This document shows, in pieces, positions 11,687 to 22,800 of a stretch of DNA of 64,000 bases. The DNA is taken from the NCBI GenBank assembly GCA_963822405.1, contig CAWGHH010000001.1:227717-291716 (forward strand). Direction: 5' to 3'. The notes under the pieces were generated by a model. The model made no database searches, was not told the origin of the DNA, and was given only the letters and a program-made list of their open reading frames with translations. Position 1 is the stretch's first letter, and each line of letters begins with the position of its first letter. Origin of the DNA: Candidatus Uhrbacteria bacterium (GTDB lineage Bacteria; Patescibacteriota; Patescibacteriia; UBA9934). The position numbers were made by a program, and so were the translations under genes.

Positions 11687-11977
11687 ATGGAACTCTCCAA
11701 GCAGGATCTCATCGAAATCATCGACGGTAGACTGAAGGTTTTTAAGGGTGAAATGAAGGAGGTTATAGAGCAAACCACAGATGATAGAGCTCGTTTGATC
11801 ATTGATCAGAATCGTTCCGAGATTCTGGCTTCAGAAGCTCGACAAGACAAAAAGATGGAAGTAATGGAGAAACGAATTATTGATACTATTTCAGATGTTG
11901 TAGGCGAAGGTGTCATTCCACAAATCGAAGAACATGAGGTTCGTTTAGTTAAACTTGAGCAGAAGTTGGCGGTTTAA
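11687..11977 (+). CDS. hypothetical coiled-coil protein
   Basis: 96-aa charged, heptad-like sequence followed by a terminator-like GGACGGGGTGAAGGCTTCGTCTTTTTC at 12026-12050. Confidence 0.35.
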   Translation: MELSKQDLIEIIDGRLKVFKGEMKEVIEQTTDDRARLIIDQNRSEILASEARQDKKMEVMEKRIIDTISDVVGEGVIPQIEEHEVRLVKLEQKLAV

Positions 11978-12093
11978 GAAGTTAAAAAAGTTTAAAAAGC
12001 TGTAAAGTTGAAAAAGTAGAGAAGGGGACGGGGTGAAGGCTTCGTCTTTTTCTTTTGCGGAAACTCCTTTTAGATGTTAGACTTTGCCGAGTT

Positions 12094-13200
12094 ATGTCCC
12101 ACCTCGACAACCGTATTGCCGATCTTGAAACTCGCTTGCAACAGGCGTGGGATGCTTTGCGTTTAGAGGAAACTCGTGCCCGGGCTGCGGAGATTGACGG
12201 GATAATGGGGGAGCCGAGTTTTTGGAATGATCAGAAGCAGGCGAGAACAATTTCACAGGAGGGGAGCGAGCTCAAGAAAGAGCTCGAACTTTGGGACGGT
12301 TTCAAGAAAGAGCTAGTTGAACTCGACGAGCTGGTGAAATTGAACGAATCAGAGGGCGACGAATCGATGAAGAAGGCCGCTGACGAGATGATGGTGAAGC
12401 TCGAAAAACAATTTAGCGAGATGGAGTTTCAGATGTTGCTGTCGGGGGAGTTCGATACGCGCAATGCGATCATGTCCTTTCATGCCGGTGCCGGCGGAAC
12501 GGATGCAAATGACTGGGTGGCTATGCTTTTGCGCATGTACACCAGGTTTGCTGAGAACCATGGTTGGACGGTTGAGACGCTCGACGAATCACGTGGCGAA
12601 GAAGCAGGATTTAAGAGCATTACCATCGCTATTCGCGGTAGGTTTGCTTATGGCTGGTTGAGGAGCGAACATGGTGTGCACCGGCTTGTGCGTATTTCGC
12701 CGTTCAACGCTGACAAAATGAGGCATACTACGTTTGCTTTGGTCGAGGTCTTGCCGGAGTTTGATGAGGTTGACGAAAAAGCGATCGAGCTTGATCCGGA
12801 GGACTTGCGAATTGATACGTTTATGGCCGGCGGTAAAGGCGGACAGTCGGTCAATACTACGTACTCGGCCGTGCGCATCACGCACATCCCGACGAACACC
12901 GTGGTCACTTGTCAGAACGAGCGTTCGCAGTTGCAAAACCGCGATACGGCCATGAAAGTGTTGAAATCTCGACTATACAAGTTAATGGTCGAAGCTCGCG
13001 CGACGAAACTCTCGGACGTGAAGGGCGAGCATAAGACCGCCGCCTGGGGAAACCAAATTCGATCTTACGTCCTCCACCCGTATAAAATGGTGAATGACCA
13101 TCGGACGGACGTTGAAACAGTTGATGCGGAGAATGTACTGAATGGCGATTTGAAGATGTTTATGGAGGCGTATTTGAGAAAGTCGGTTGAGAACCGTTAG
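12094..13200 (+). CDS. prfB: peptide chain release factor 2
   Basis: SPF tripeptide (RISPFNADKMRHTTF), GGQ motif (AGGKGGQSVNTTYSAVRITHIPT) and the RF2 N-terminal helix. The frame is uninterrupted, so no programmed +1 frameshift site is needed. Confidence 0.9.
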   Translation: MSHLDNRIADLETRLQQAWDALRLEETRARAAEIDGIMGEPSFWNDQKQARTISQEGSELKKELELWDGFKKELVELDELVKLNESEGDESMKKAADEMMVKLEKQFSEMEFQMLLSGEFDTRNAIMSFHAGAGGTDANDWVAMLLRMYTRFAENHGWTVETLDESRGEEAGFKSITIAIRGRFAYGWLRSEHGVHRLVRISPFNADKMRHTTFALVEVLPEFDEVDEKAIELDPEDLRIDTFMAGGKGGQSVNTTYSAVRITHIPTNTVVTCQNERSQLQNRDTAMKVLKSRLYKLMVEARATKLSDVKGEHKTAAWGNQIRSYVLHPYKMVNDHRTDVETVDAENVLNGDLKMFMEAYLRKSVENR

Positions 13201-13208
13201 TGTCTGTC

Positions 13209-13296
13209 ATTGCGAGGGGCCCGTCCGCGGGAGCCCGAAGCAACCTTGTGAGATTGCTTCGACCCAGACGATTACGTCTGGTCTCGCAAAGACTGA
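13209..13296 (+). repeat. ~88-bp structured repeat element, copy 1 (intact; TTGCGAG...CTCGCAAAGACTGA with nested hairpins)
   Basis: Matches the sequence that flanks the GIY-YIG gene at 61739-62132 almost identically, except that the central loop here is only 8 nt (ttgtgaga). Confidence 0.5.
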
Positions 13297-13317
13297 AACA
13301 AATACAAGACTAATCTT

Positions 13318-14235
13318 ATGAAAACACTAGTCACAGGTGGTTCTGGATTCATTGGCTCTCATCTTGTTGATCGCTTGATCGCGGACGGCCACGAGGTGAC
13401 GGTGATCGACAAAGTTGCGCCGAGCGACCTGAACAAGAATGACAAGGCGAAATATGTCATCATGAATATACTCGACAAAAAAGTTGAGGATATTTTTGCA
13501 GAGGCTAAACCGGAGCTACTTTTTCACTTAGCTGCCTACATTAACGATCGAGGCAGTATTAGGGAGCCATCCGTATGTACGGACACAAATGTCTTGGGAA
13601 CACTAAATGTACTCGAGTCCGCTAGGAAGTCTGGCGTGAAGCGAATAGTTTTTACTTCAACTGGTGTTTACTACGGCGAGCAGGACAAGATGCCAATTTC
13701 TGAAACTGCAGTTCCTAAGCCTATTACCCCGTACGGCATTTCAAAACTTATTGGTGAACAGTATCTTCGCTATTACCGCGAACACTTTGGTCTTTCTTCA
13801 ATGGCTCTTCGCTTGGGTAATGTTTATGGTCCACGGCAAGATGGCAGTCAAGAATGCGGAGGTATAGCTATTTTTACTGATCGACTGCTGAATGGTGAGG
13901 ACGCGTTCATGAATAATGACGGGCTGACCACGCGTGACTATATTTTTGTTGGCGACATTGTAAACGGCCTTATGAAGGCGGGGGAGAGCAAATACGTAGG
14001 TGTAGTTAACTGCTCAACTGGAGTCGGGACAACAACCAAACAACTTTACGATTTAGTTGCTGATGCCGTTGGTTCAGGTAAGCGACCCGTCGAACGCCCG
14101 GAAGTTCTCGACCATCCCAAGCATGTGGTGCTTGATCCTGGGCTCGCGAAAAGAGAACTGGATTGGGAAGCAAAAATGACCTTAAAAGAGGGAATTGCAG
14201 AAACTGTAAAGTGGTATAAGATGCATCGAGATTGA
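13318..14235 (+). CDS. NAD-dependent epimerase/dehydratase (UDP-sugar 4-epimerase family)
   Basis: MKTLVTGGSGFIGSHLVDRL Rossmann motif and a YxxxK-type catalytic region (the YGISKLIGEQY segment contains YGISK). Confidence 0.8.
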   Translation: MKTLVTGGSGFIGSHLVDRLIADGHEVTVIDKVAPSDLNKNDKAKYVIMNILDKKVEDIFAEAKPELLFHLAAYINDRGSIREPSVCTDTNVLGTLNVLESARKSGVKRIVFTSTGVYYGEQDKMPISETAVPKPITPYGISKLIGEQYLRYYREHFGLSSMALRLGNVYGPRQDGSQECGGIAIFTDRLLNGEDAFMNNDGLTTRDYIFVGDIVNGLMKAGESKYVGVVNCSTGVGTTTKQLYDLVADAVGSGKRPVERPEVLDHPKHVVLDPGLAKRELDWEAKMTLKEGIAETVKWYKMHRD

Positions 14236-14348
14236 TGCTATCTTGTGTCGTCCCTCCCATCCTGAGCGAGAGCGAAGGATCCGACTCTCAGGCCTGAGGG
14301 TCGGACTCTTCGCATGGCTCAGAGTGGGGACACATGGATAGACCTTTT

Positions 14349-15287
14349 ATGAAAATACTAGTCACTGGTGGCGAGGGATTTCTAGGTTCCCATATAGTCG
14401 ACGCGCTCGTAGCCCGAGGTGACGATGTTATTGCGGTTGACCACCATGCGCGGGAAAAAGTGCGCTACCCAAACCTTGGCGCGCGGATGATTTACGCGCG
14501 GTTTGGCGATCCGGTTGTTCGCGATGTGCTCATAAACGAACGGCCAGACGCCATTGTTCACGTAGCTGCGCAGATTAGTGTGACTAAATCTATCCGAGAT
14601 CCGCTTTATGATGCCCAGACCAACGTCATTGATGCGGTAAATTTATTGTCATGGGCTAAAGAAGCGGGTGTGCCTAGGATTGTTTTTGCTTCTTCGGGCG
14701 GGGCTATTTACGGTGATCATCCAGTCAGGCCAACGCCGATTATTCATAACCCTTCGCCTCTTTCTCCGTACGGAATAAACAAGTTCGGGTTTGAAAAATA
14801 TCTGGAGGGTTCCCGTGTGCTTGGTGGCCCGTCTGCTATTAGTTTACGTTTTTCAAATTTCTACGGTCCACGTCAACAGATTTCTAAAGAGTCCGGCGAG
14901 GGGAACGTGGTGACGCTATTTTTGAACCGGATTCTGGTTACTGGCCAGCCAATTACTATTTTTGGTGCAGGTGACGCTAGCAGAGATTATCTTTATGTTG
15001 ATGACGCGGTTAGCGTAATTCTTAAGGGTCTGGCTAGCGAGGTTGAAGGTCCTGTGAACATCAGCACCGGTCAGGCGGCGAGCATTCATGAGCTAGTAGA
15101 TCTTCTGATGGAGATCCATGGCCAGCCTCACGTTTTGAACTACGAACCATACCGTTCCGGAGAGGTTTACCACAGTGTTCTTGACCCCGAGTCGGCTGAG
15201 AGACTTCTTGGCTGGAAAGCGAAAATAGATTTGCGAGAAGGATTACGAAGAACCTATAATTGGTACAAAGAGACGTTCGGAGTTTAG
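14349..15287 (+). CDS. NAD-dependent epimerase/dehydratase, paralog
   Basis: MKILVTGGEGFLGSHIVDAL and YGINKFGFEKY; second SDR-extended family member in tandem. Confidence 0.8.
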   Translation: MKILVTGGEGFLGSHIVDALVARGDDVIAVDHHAREKVRYPNLGARMIYARFGDPVVRDVLINERPDAIVHVAAQISVTKSIRDPLYDAQTNVIDAVNLLSWAKEAGVPRIVFASSGGAIYGDHPVRPTPIIHNPSPLSPYGINKFGFEKYLEGSRVLGGPSAISLRFSNFYGPRQQISKESGEGNVVTLFLNRILVTGQPITIFGAGDASRDYLYVDDAVSVILKGLASEVEGPVNISTGQAASIHELVDLLMEIHGQPHVLNYEPYRSGEVYHSVLDPESAERLLGWKAKIDLREGLRRTYNWYKETFGV

Positions 15288-15290
15288 TTT

Positions 15291-16085
15291 ATGCACGCCA
15301 AAAAATCATACGGTCAGCATTTTCTAAAAGACCAGTCGGTTATTGATAAAATAATTGCTGCGGCGGATATACAGCCCGGCGATATTGTGGTTGAAGTTGG
15401 TCCAGGAACTGGCGCGCTGACTAAGTCTCTTGCGCCAATTTCGTCGAAGCTCGTACTGATTGAGGCTGACGGTGAGTTGATTCCGAGCCTCACTGCTCAA
15501 TTTCCTTCCGCCGAAATCATCAAAGCCGACGCCGCGAAATTCGATTTCATGTCAGTTGCGAAAGGAGAGTGGATCTTCGTCTCAAATCTCCCCTATAACG
15601 CCGGCAACGCCATTTTGATGAACGTCCTCACTTCGAAAAATCCTCCGAAGCGTTCTGTAGTCATGTTACAAAAAGAGGTGGGGGAGCGAATGCTCTGGCT
15701 TGACCCAGGCGTTCTCTCTGTGGCTGTTCAGCTTTACGCACAGGTGGAAAAGGTGTGCATAGTTCCTCCTGGCGCGTTTTCTCCACCGCCGAAAGTTGAG
15801 TCGATTGTGCTCAGACTGATTCCATACCACCCGACCACTGACCCACTTCATGCCCTCCCCCCCGACCCCCTCCACTTCGTGGAGGGGGAGGAACTCGCTA
15901 AGCGAGTTCTAGCCATCGCGAAGGCTGGGTTTGCTAATAGACGGAAACAATTACATAAAAATCTGTCAGAGGCAGGACTTTTTACTAGTGAAGAAGTGAA
16001 ATCTAAACTTGTCGAGCTCGGACATTCGCCACTAGCACGAGCCGAAGAACTTTCATTAAAAGATTGGATTGCACTTTCCGAATAA
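15291..16085 (+). CDS. rsmA: 16S rRNA (adenine1518/1519-N6)-dimethyltransferase RsmA/KsgA
   Basis: KKSYGQHFLKDQSVIDKII...VVEVGPGTGALT and NLPYN motifs. The C-terminal part carries a GC-rich palindromic insert. Confidence 0.85.
   Translation: MHAKKSYGQHFLKDQSVIDKIIAAADIQPGDIVVEVGPGTGALTKSLAPISSKLVLIEADGELIPSLTAQFPSAEIIKADAAKFDFMSVAKGEWIFVSNLPYNAGNAILMNVLTSKNPPKRSVVMLQKEVGERMLWLDPGVLSVAVQLYAQVEKVCIVPPGAFSPPPKVESIVLRLIPYHPTTDPLHALPPDPLHFVEGEELAKRVLAIAKAGFANRRKQLHKNLSEAGLFTSEEVKSKLVELGHSPLARAEELSLKDWIALSE
15853..15890 (+). repeat. GC-rich palindromic element inside rsmA (CCCCCTCCAC-ttc-GTGGAGGGGG)
   Basis: Perfect 10-bp inverted repeat with a 3-nt loop, in frame, encoding PPDPLHFVEGE; related to the elements at 44107, 44998 and 63293. 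Confidence 0.5.
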
Positions 16086-16118
16086 AACCCAGAACCTTCC
16101 GTGTTATAATCCTGGGGT

Positions 16119-16808
16119 ATGGACGAAAAGGGTTTCGTTTTACAGGAGCCCCGGCCAGAGCTGGGGAAAGAACAAAAAGTTGGGTTATTTTTTGTTATAA
16201 TTTGTGGCGTAGGCGCTACAATTTTGGGCGTGTTCTATGTTTGGAATCACATGGCCTCGCCCTTCATCATCACTTACACGGGACCAAAGCTTTTAGTGGG
16301 GGATGAAGCCTCAGCAAATGCGATAGCTAAAGAAAAGGCTACAGATACAGATTTAGACGGTCTTTCAGATTACGATGAGAAGAATGTTTACGGCACCAGC
16401 CCGTATCTTTCCGACACAGATTCAGATGGCATTGATGACCGAACAGAAGTAACTACTGGTACAGATCCGCTTTGTAAACAAGGTTCCGTTTGTACGGCTG
16501 GTGTGGCGGATTCTGGCGCATTCATTCCAACCACAGGCGCCGGAACTTTCCTAAGTGACATTCCAAACCCAGGATCAGCCCCAGTCCCACCAAGTGGCGT
16601 GGGCGGGGACTCTACACTTTCCACAAGCGCTGTATCTGGAACTCTTACGGCTGCTGACATTGAAAGGCTGAAGTCCTTACCGATTGATCAAGTACGAACA
16701 ATCCTGATTTCCTCCGGCGCTGACCAAGCAACCGTCACTGCCCTAAGCGACGCCGATGTTCAAAAGGCTTACCTTGACCTCCTGGCCTCCTTGACCCCTA
16801 CCCAATAA
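16119..16808 (+). CDS. membrane-anchored protein with thrombospondin-type-3-like calcium-binding repeats
   Basis: N-terminal TM helix (VGLFFVIICGVGATILGVFYVW), then DTDLDGLSDYDE and DTDSDGIDDRTE (DxDxDGxxDxxE) repeats and a Gly/Ser/Pro-rich linker. Confidence 0.5.
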   Translation: MDEKGFVLQEPRPELGKEQKVGLFFVIICGVGATILGVFYVWNHMASPFIITYTGPKLLVGDEASANAIAKEKATDTDLDGLSDYDEKNVYGTSPYLSDTDSDGIDDRTEVTTGTDPLCKQGSVCTAGVADSGAFIPTTGAGTFLSDIPNPGSAPVPPSGVGGDSTLSTSAVSGTLTAADIERLKSLPIDQVRTILISSGADQATVTALSDADVQKAYLDLLASLTPTQ

Positions 16809-16811
16809 ATT

Positions 16812-19800
16812 GTGTCACAAAAGCTGAACACATCTTTGAAGTATTTATCCCGACTGACTGTCGGCATGTTGCTTTTATGGGTCATGATCATGCCAAAGGT
16901 CTCTCATGCTTTGGAGATTCCACTGCCTCCAGTTGTGAATACTGGATTAACGCAGGAAGCGGCAAATAGTATTAGTAATGCCGCGGGAGCTGTTCAGGCA
17001 CCCTCACCAATGGTGGTGACTGTAGGTGCAGATGTTCCTTCAACTCTGAAGGGTATTTTAGATTCCGTAAAAGAATACGCCAAAAGTTCGTTGACGGGAG
17101 CTATTGCGACATATCTTGTAAATCTTACTACTTTTGCGGCGGATGAAGCCGCGCGTGAGGCCGCGGTGCGTTTGGTGAACTCGGGTCCGGGCGGAACTCC
17201 GCTTGTTGATCAACATCCTTGGGATAGCTATCTGAAGGATGTGGGTGCAGCTTCTGCTGGGGAGGCGCTTGGTTTATTGAATGATGAGATTACTGGGCCT
17301 GGTAAGGTTCTTCAGAACTTTAATTTATGTGCTCCTGGTAATGCAAACGTGCTTCTGTCATTCAAATTTGGCATCAAATCTGTTTTTCAAAAGCAAACGC
17401 CAAAGTGTAAAGTTAACGAAGTTGTTTCAAATTGGAAGGGTTTTATTGCAGATGTTTCTACCCAGGTCGGTGGCGGTCAGGCACGCAATCAGCACATCTT
17501 GACGCAATTAGCCGATGCTTTTGACCCTAACACCAACGAATTCTCCGTCGGCGTATCGCTAACTTCGAATATTTTAAACAACTCACAGGAAAAGGCGACG
17601 CTTAAGGTTGAGCAGCGTTTGAGTCAAAATGGCTTTCAAGATGTCACTGATTTCATCTCTGGTCAGGTTAAGACCCCGGCGAGCATGATTGTTAATGATT
17701 ATCAGCAGAAATTTAACAAACAAGGTGAAACGCGAAATCAGCTAAGTACTGCATTGCTTTCTAATACTGATGTTCTTCTGCAGATTGGTTTGCATGCAGG
17801 TAGTGTATTCACGAACACATTGCTTTCCAAACTAACGGAGAAAATTTACAACGGGTGGTTTGACGTCAATCCTGCGTTACAAAATACGAATCCATTTGAT
17901 CCGAGTTCATTTGCGCAAAATAATTCCGATGTCGCAACGGCTCGTTTGCGATCTATTTTTACGGCCACGCCACTCGAAATCACAAATTATAGCATTTTAT
18001 CGGATTTTAGTTCTTGTCCCCAATCAAATCGGGGGATATATAACTGTGTTGCCGATAGTTCTCTTATTTCTGCTATTGCGCGGGCATCTTCTGGCGTGGC
18101 GGTAACCGTGCAAGAGGCGATGGATCAGGGTTTATTGAAGCCTGATTGGCCTCTCATTCCTAGTTCTGATCATGCTCGTAACCAGGATCCATTCTGTTAT
18201 ACATATGGATATTGTTACGCGAACCTAGTGAAGCTTCGTAAGGCACGCGTTGTTTCAGTTGGTTGGGAATTTGCCGCGGACTCAGAGTTTAACTCGTCTA
18301 CCAATCCAACTACCTTACGCAAAGTTGTAGCTGGATTCAACGATTGTGACGCCTCGGGACAGCCGGATACTAACCATCCGTGGTGCAAACTGATCGACCC
18401 TACTTGGGTGTTGAAATATCCACAGACTCAATGTCGTGCAGCTGTTAATGGTCAGCTTTTGACATCTGGTGCCGCGGATGAACGTCAAACAGAGTGCGTA
18501 GACATGCCTAGTTGTATTGCGGAAGATGAGAATGGGAATTGTACTGGGGGATACGGATATTGTGTGAAAGAGAAGAACGCTTGGCAGTTCAGGGGACAGA
18601 GCTGTCCTGCGCAGTTTGCGTCGTGTATTACGGTGAAGAATTCAGAGAAAACGGTTTCGTACTTAAGAAATACGACTGATCCAGGCCCATGTACAGAAGA
18701 TAACGCTGGTTGTCAGTGGTATGCCACACAGAAGACTAAGCAGACGGATGGTTCGTTTAAATTCCCAGCTACAAATGTTCTAGCGGATGATGTTGCAACT
18801 GACACTTATAAGAATAGAACATACTTTACTAGCAGCGTTGAAGCTTGTCAGGCTGAAAATGGGGGATGTAAGGAGCTTGTTGTGCGTGACGCCACCTTGA
18901 GTTTGAACATGCTAGTGAACCCAAACCTGGAAGATGATACAGATAATAACGCCAAGCCGGATGGTTGGATTTTTAGCGCGCCTTCTAGCTCAACATTAGA
19001 TACGGCAAGTGCGTTTAGCAGGTCAGGAAGTAAAGCTGTGAAGACTGGAACGGGAATTGTTTATGAGCCTGGAGTGGAGTTTTCTCAGGGACGTTTTTAC
19101 ACTATGTCATTTTATGCTCGGCAGACTGTTGCCGGCGGATCTGATATTGGTGACATGTTTATTGGCTTTAGCGCTGATGACGGTTCGGGTATTAATCTTG
19201 GTGGCACCAGCATAATGGCCGGTGCAAATTCGGCTTGTGTACTTAAGGATGGAAATAATGATGGAAAAATGGATGCAGTTGATGTAACCGGTAAGCCTAC
19301 TGGCACTGTGTACGAGCGTTTCTCTTGTACATTTACTTCGCCTATTCAAGCAAACTCGGCAGCTAGGTTGTTTGCCTTTGTTGACCTGATGCCTGGTAAC
19401 GCTTGGATTGATGATGTTCAAGTAGAGCAGGGGCCGAAGGTTACTAATTTCCACAGTGGCTATTCGTCGACCACGCTCGCAAAAGAAGTCGTGAAGGTTC
19501 CGCCGTCATATCTTGGTTGTACTGGCGCGTCGACTGATCCGGCAGAGTGCGCAAAATATGCCAAGGTTTGTTCTGAAAATGATAACGGCTGTAGCGCGTA
19601 TACGCCTGCAAATGGAGACCCCGTCGTTACAGGAGTTGTTGACCTCGGGCTTCCGCTCCCTATTGTTGATGGACAAGACGAATGTCCGGCCGCTTGTGTT
19701 GGCTACGATACTTATAGACAAGAAGGTTTCGACATGGCAAAGAATTCAGGATCACGATTTGAGCCAGATGGTGTTTTTCCGCTTTATTTAATTCCAAGCA

Positions 19801-22800
19801 CCGCCAAGACTTGTCGGGATCAAGACGTTGGTTGTGATGAGTTCACGAATCTTTCGGACGAGAGCAAATCGTACTTTACTTATGTCCGAGCCTGCGTGAC
19901 CCCAGCTCAAGCTGAGGCAAACACCGGTTCTGACAACTCGGCCACTTTCTATACATGGGAAGGCTCTGATAATTCCGGTTACCAGTTGAAGACCTGGGAT
20001 TTATTACAGTCGAATTTGGGCTTGTCGACGTATACCTATCAGAACTCGCTTGGAATCGACACCGCTCCAGGTAACGCCCCATGTGAGCACGGAGTAGCTA
20101 CGCCAAATGGCATGACTTGTGCTGATGCTGTTGATTCTAACGGTGACCAGAAATATGACTGGGATACGGCTAGTTGCGATGAACACTCTGACATTTTCTC
20201 GAATTCTGATTGTCGGGAATTCTATGACGCTAACGGCGTAATTCACTATCGTTTGTGGTCAAACACGGTGACTGTAGATGCGGCCTGTTCTACATATAGA
20301 AAGACAGACGTAGTTGGCGCCGATCTAACGGAGAAGCAGGCCACCTGTACAAGTTCGGGCGGTTTCTTTGATGTTCAAGCTGGTACTTGTAGATATTACG
20401 GGCTGGCTACTGGCAGCAAGACTTGTTCAGCGGCGGCTAACGGTTGTCGTTCCTACACTGGAGGCAGAAGCCGAAACAGTTTTGTGGCGTATCAAGATTT
20501 GGTCGAGGACGGAAATCTGACTAAGTGGACTTCGGCTGTGCCGGCATCGCTCGTTTACAGTAACGAGTCACTGGCAACTGGCGGTCATTCTATTTCCACC
20601 AGTGCTCCTTTTGCTACATTGTCGAGCTCACTTACAGGCAAGCTACCTGCCAGCCGAACTTACACCTTGTCGTTCTTAGCTAAGGGAACCGGCACGCTCC
20701 AGGCTGGATTTGATTATCAAGCAGCTGTCGCTTCACCTACGATCGACTTAGCCTTTGGTTCGGTCACTGTTTCTCAGGGTTGGCAGCAGTATTCGCTTGG
20801 CCCACTAGACATGAGCAGTGTCTCAGCTATCTTTGGTAACGGGACGGCGCTCGCTTTTGTCCCGGCTGGTAACGTATTCGTTGATAATATTATTCTTCGA
20901 GCCGGCCAAGATAACATTACGCTCATCAAGAATTCATGGTCTACGCCAGCTGCTTGTGATCTGACGCCAACCGGCGCGCCAGCTCCGCAGTATTACTTGG
21001 GTTGTCAGCAATATTCTACGCAGACCGGTACTAAAGTTAACGTGAAGAGCTTTAGCAAGCTTTGCTCTGCAGATAAAGTTGGTTGCGCTAGCTTCTTCAT
21101 GACCGAGGAGAGTGCCTCGCCTCATGCTGAGGTTCATAACGCCACTTGTGGAACTATTGGCGGAGCAATTGCTACCGTTTCTACGGCTTGTCATTACGGT
21201 GTAAATGCTACTGCGTATGACATTACTACTCCGCTTCTTTGTACCATTGGTGTCGGCTCGAACAGCTGTCCATTTAATTTGAACTGGTATGTTGCCCCGG
21301 CTAATTTGCCAGCCCATCTAAAATACGCGCCGTCTACGGTCATAACGCCAGCCGATAAAGACGTGTTCCTGGTGGTGACAGATGACAAGAAGTGCGCCTC
21401 TGACGCTGCTGGTTGTACGGAATACGGTAAGCCAACTTACAATCAAGCTCGAACTGCTACAACCGGCGCGACGAGCAAGTTCTTGAAGAATAATCCGGCT
21501 AAGTATGTAGCATCTGGAGCGGATAAATCGATTCTTTGTTCGCAAAACGCGCTTTACTGTTCTGCTTGGACGGGAACTGGTGGCACGCAGTATTACTTTA
21601 AGGATCCAATCAATCAGACTTGTGAGTACAAGACAAACGTTAGCGTTGGCACTGTTTCCTACAGCGGTTGGTTCAAGACGGGCACCTCGGAACTTTGTTA
21701 CAACACTCCAAACTACGTCATTGGCGGAAACATGAGTGGTATTTGGAAGAATGGTGATGCGAACTATGCTGGCTGGGTTGGTACTTGTTCTACTCAGTAC
21801 AACTCCTGTTCCGAGTACCAGGATCCACTCGCCATCAAGACGAATGAAATCTACGGTAACTCTGATGGCACGCCGTATTTCACTCTTTCAACGTCACTTG
21901 GTTCTTCACGTTCGTCCGTTACTGGTACAGATTGTAACGGCAAAGTTTCATTAAAAGGCGGTTGCGCTCTGTTTAATGACACTTCCGTTTCTAGAAAGAC
22001 GGCTAACGCGTCAGCTACTGAAATGGCTTCTCGCCATGCTGATAAGTTATTTAACACTGAGCCTTATTCATTAGTCGATCCAATCGACTGTGACAGTAAC
22101 GCCACCGTCATTCACACACCTTCCAGTGGCGACGTTGATCTTTGTGCAAAACGGTGTGCCTATAGAGAGGGAAGTGTAAAAGACCTTACCAAGCCTGATA
22201 GCAATACTCCTATTTACGGATCTTCTTGTTACACCTCTGAGGACTGTGCGCCAGTTGATAGTGAATATGGCGAACGCGTGAAGGCCACAGGTTGTGACGC
22301 TGCAACTGCTGCTTTGCGTCTAAAAGATGACGCTAACACTGTTTTGGCCGTAAACCGAAACCGTGAATGTTCAGAATGGCTGTCTTGCGCTAACGCTCAA
22401 ACCGTTTGGGATGACGCTTCTAGCAGCTACAAGACAATCTGTGATCAGGTAGCTCTCTGTACGGAATATTCCGCTCAGGGTAGCTCCTCTTTCTGTTCAA
22501 AATGGAACTTTGATGCGCCAAAAGTAGTTCTTACTAATGACCGTTACACTTCTCGTGATGTCAGCTGGTACGGCAGTGAATACTCCGGAATGTCTATTCC
22601 TAATCTCTTCTCCGTCGAGGCCTTAGAGCAAGCAAACGTAGCGCCCAAGTTTACTTGTGATCTTTCCAAGCTACAAGATGGAGGTTCTGACAACGTAGAT
22701 CTTGCATATTTCAATGCAAACAACGGCAAATGGTGCTCTCTTGATGCGGAGTGCGGCACGGGTGCAAAATTCGTTGGTACATGTTCCGGCCCACAGGGCA

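Noticed and set aside
12055-12100. Possible programmed +1 frameshift site in prfB
   Set aside because: The RF2 ORF is continuous from ATG 12094 with no CTT TGA C motif, so no frameshift is required.
13209-13296. tRNA or tmRNA-like gene at the structured repeat
   Set aside because: No GTTCRANYC T-loop, no D-loop consensus, and no CCA-compatible acceptor pairing.
16064-16306. ORF 16064-16306 overlapping the rsmA end and the Tsp3-repeat gene start
   Set aside because: It sits out of frame across two better-supported genes and its translation is Arg/Gly-rich.
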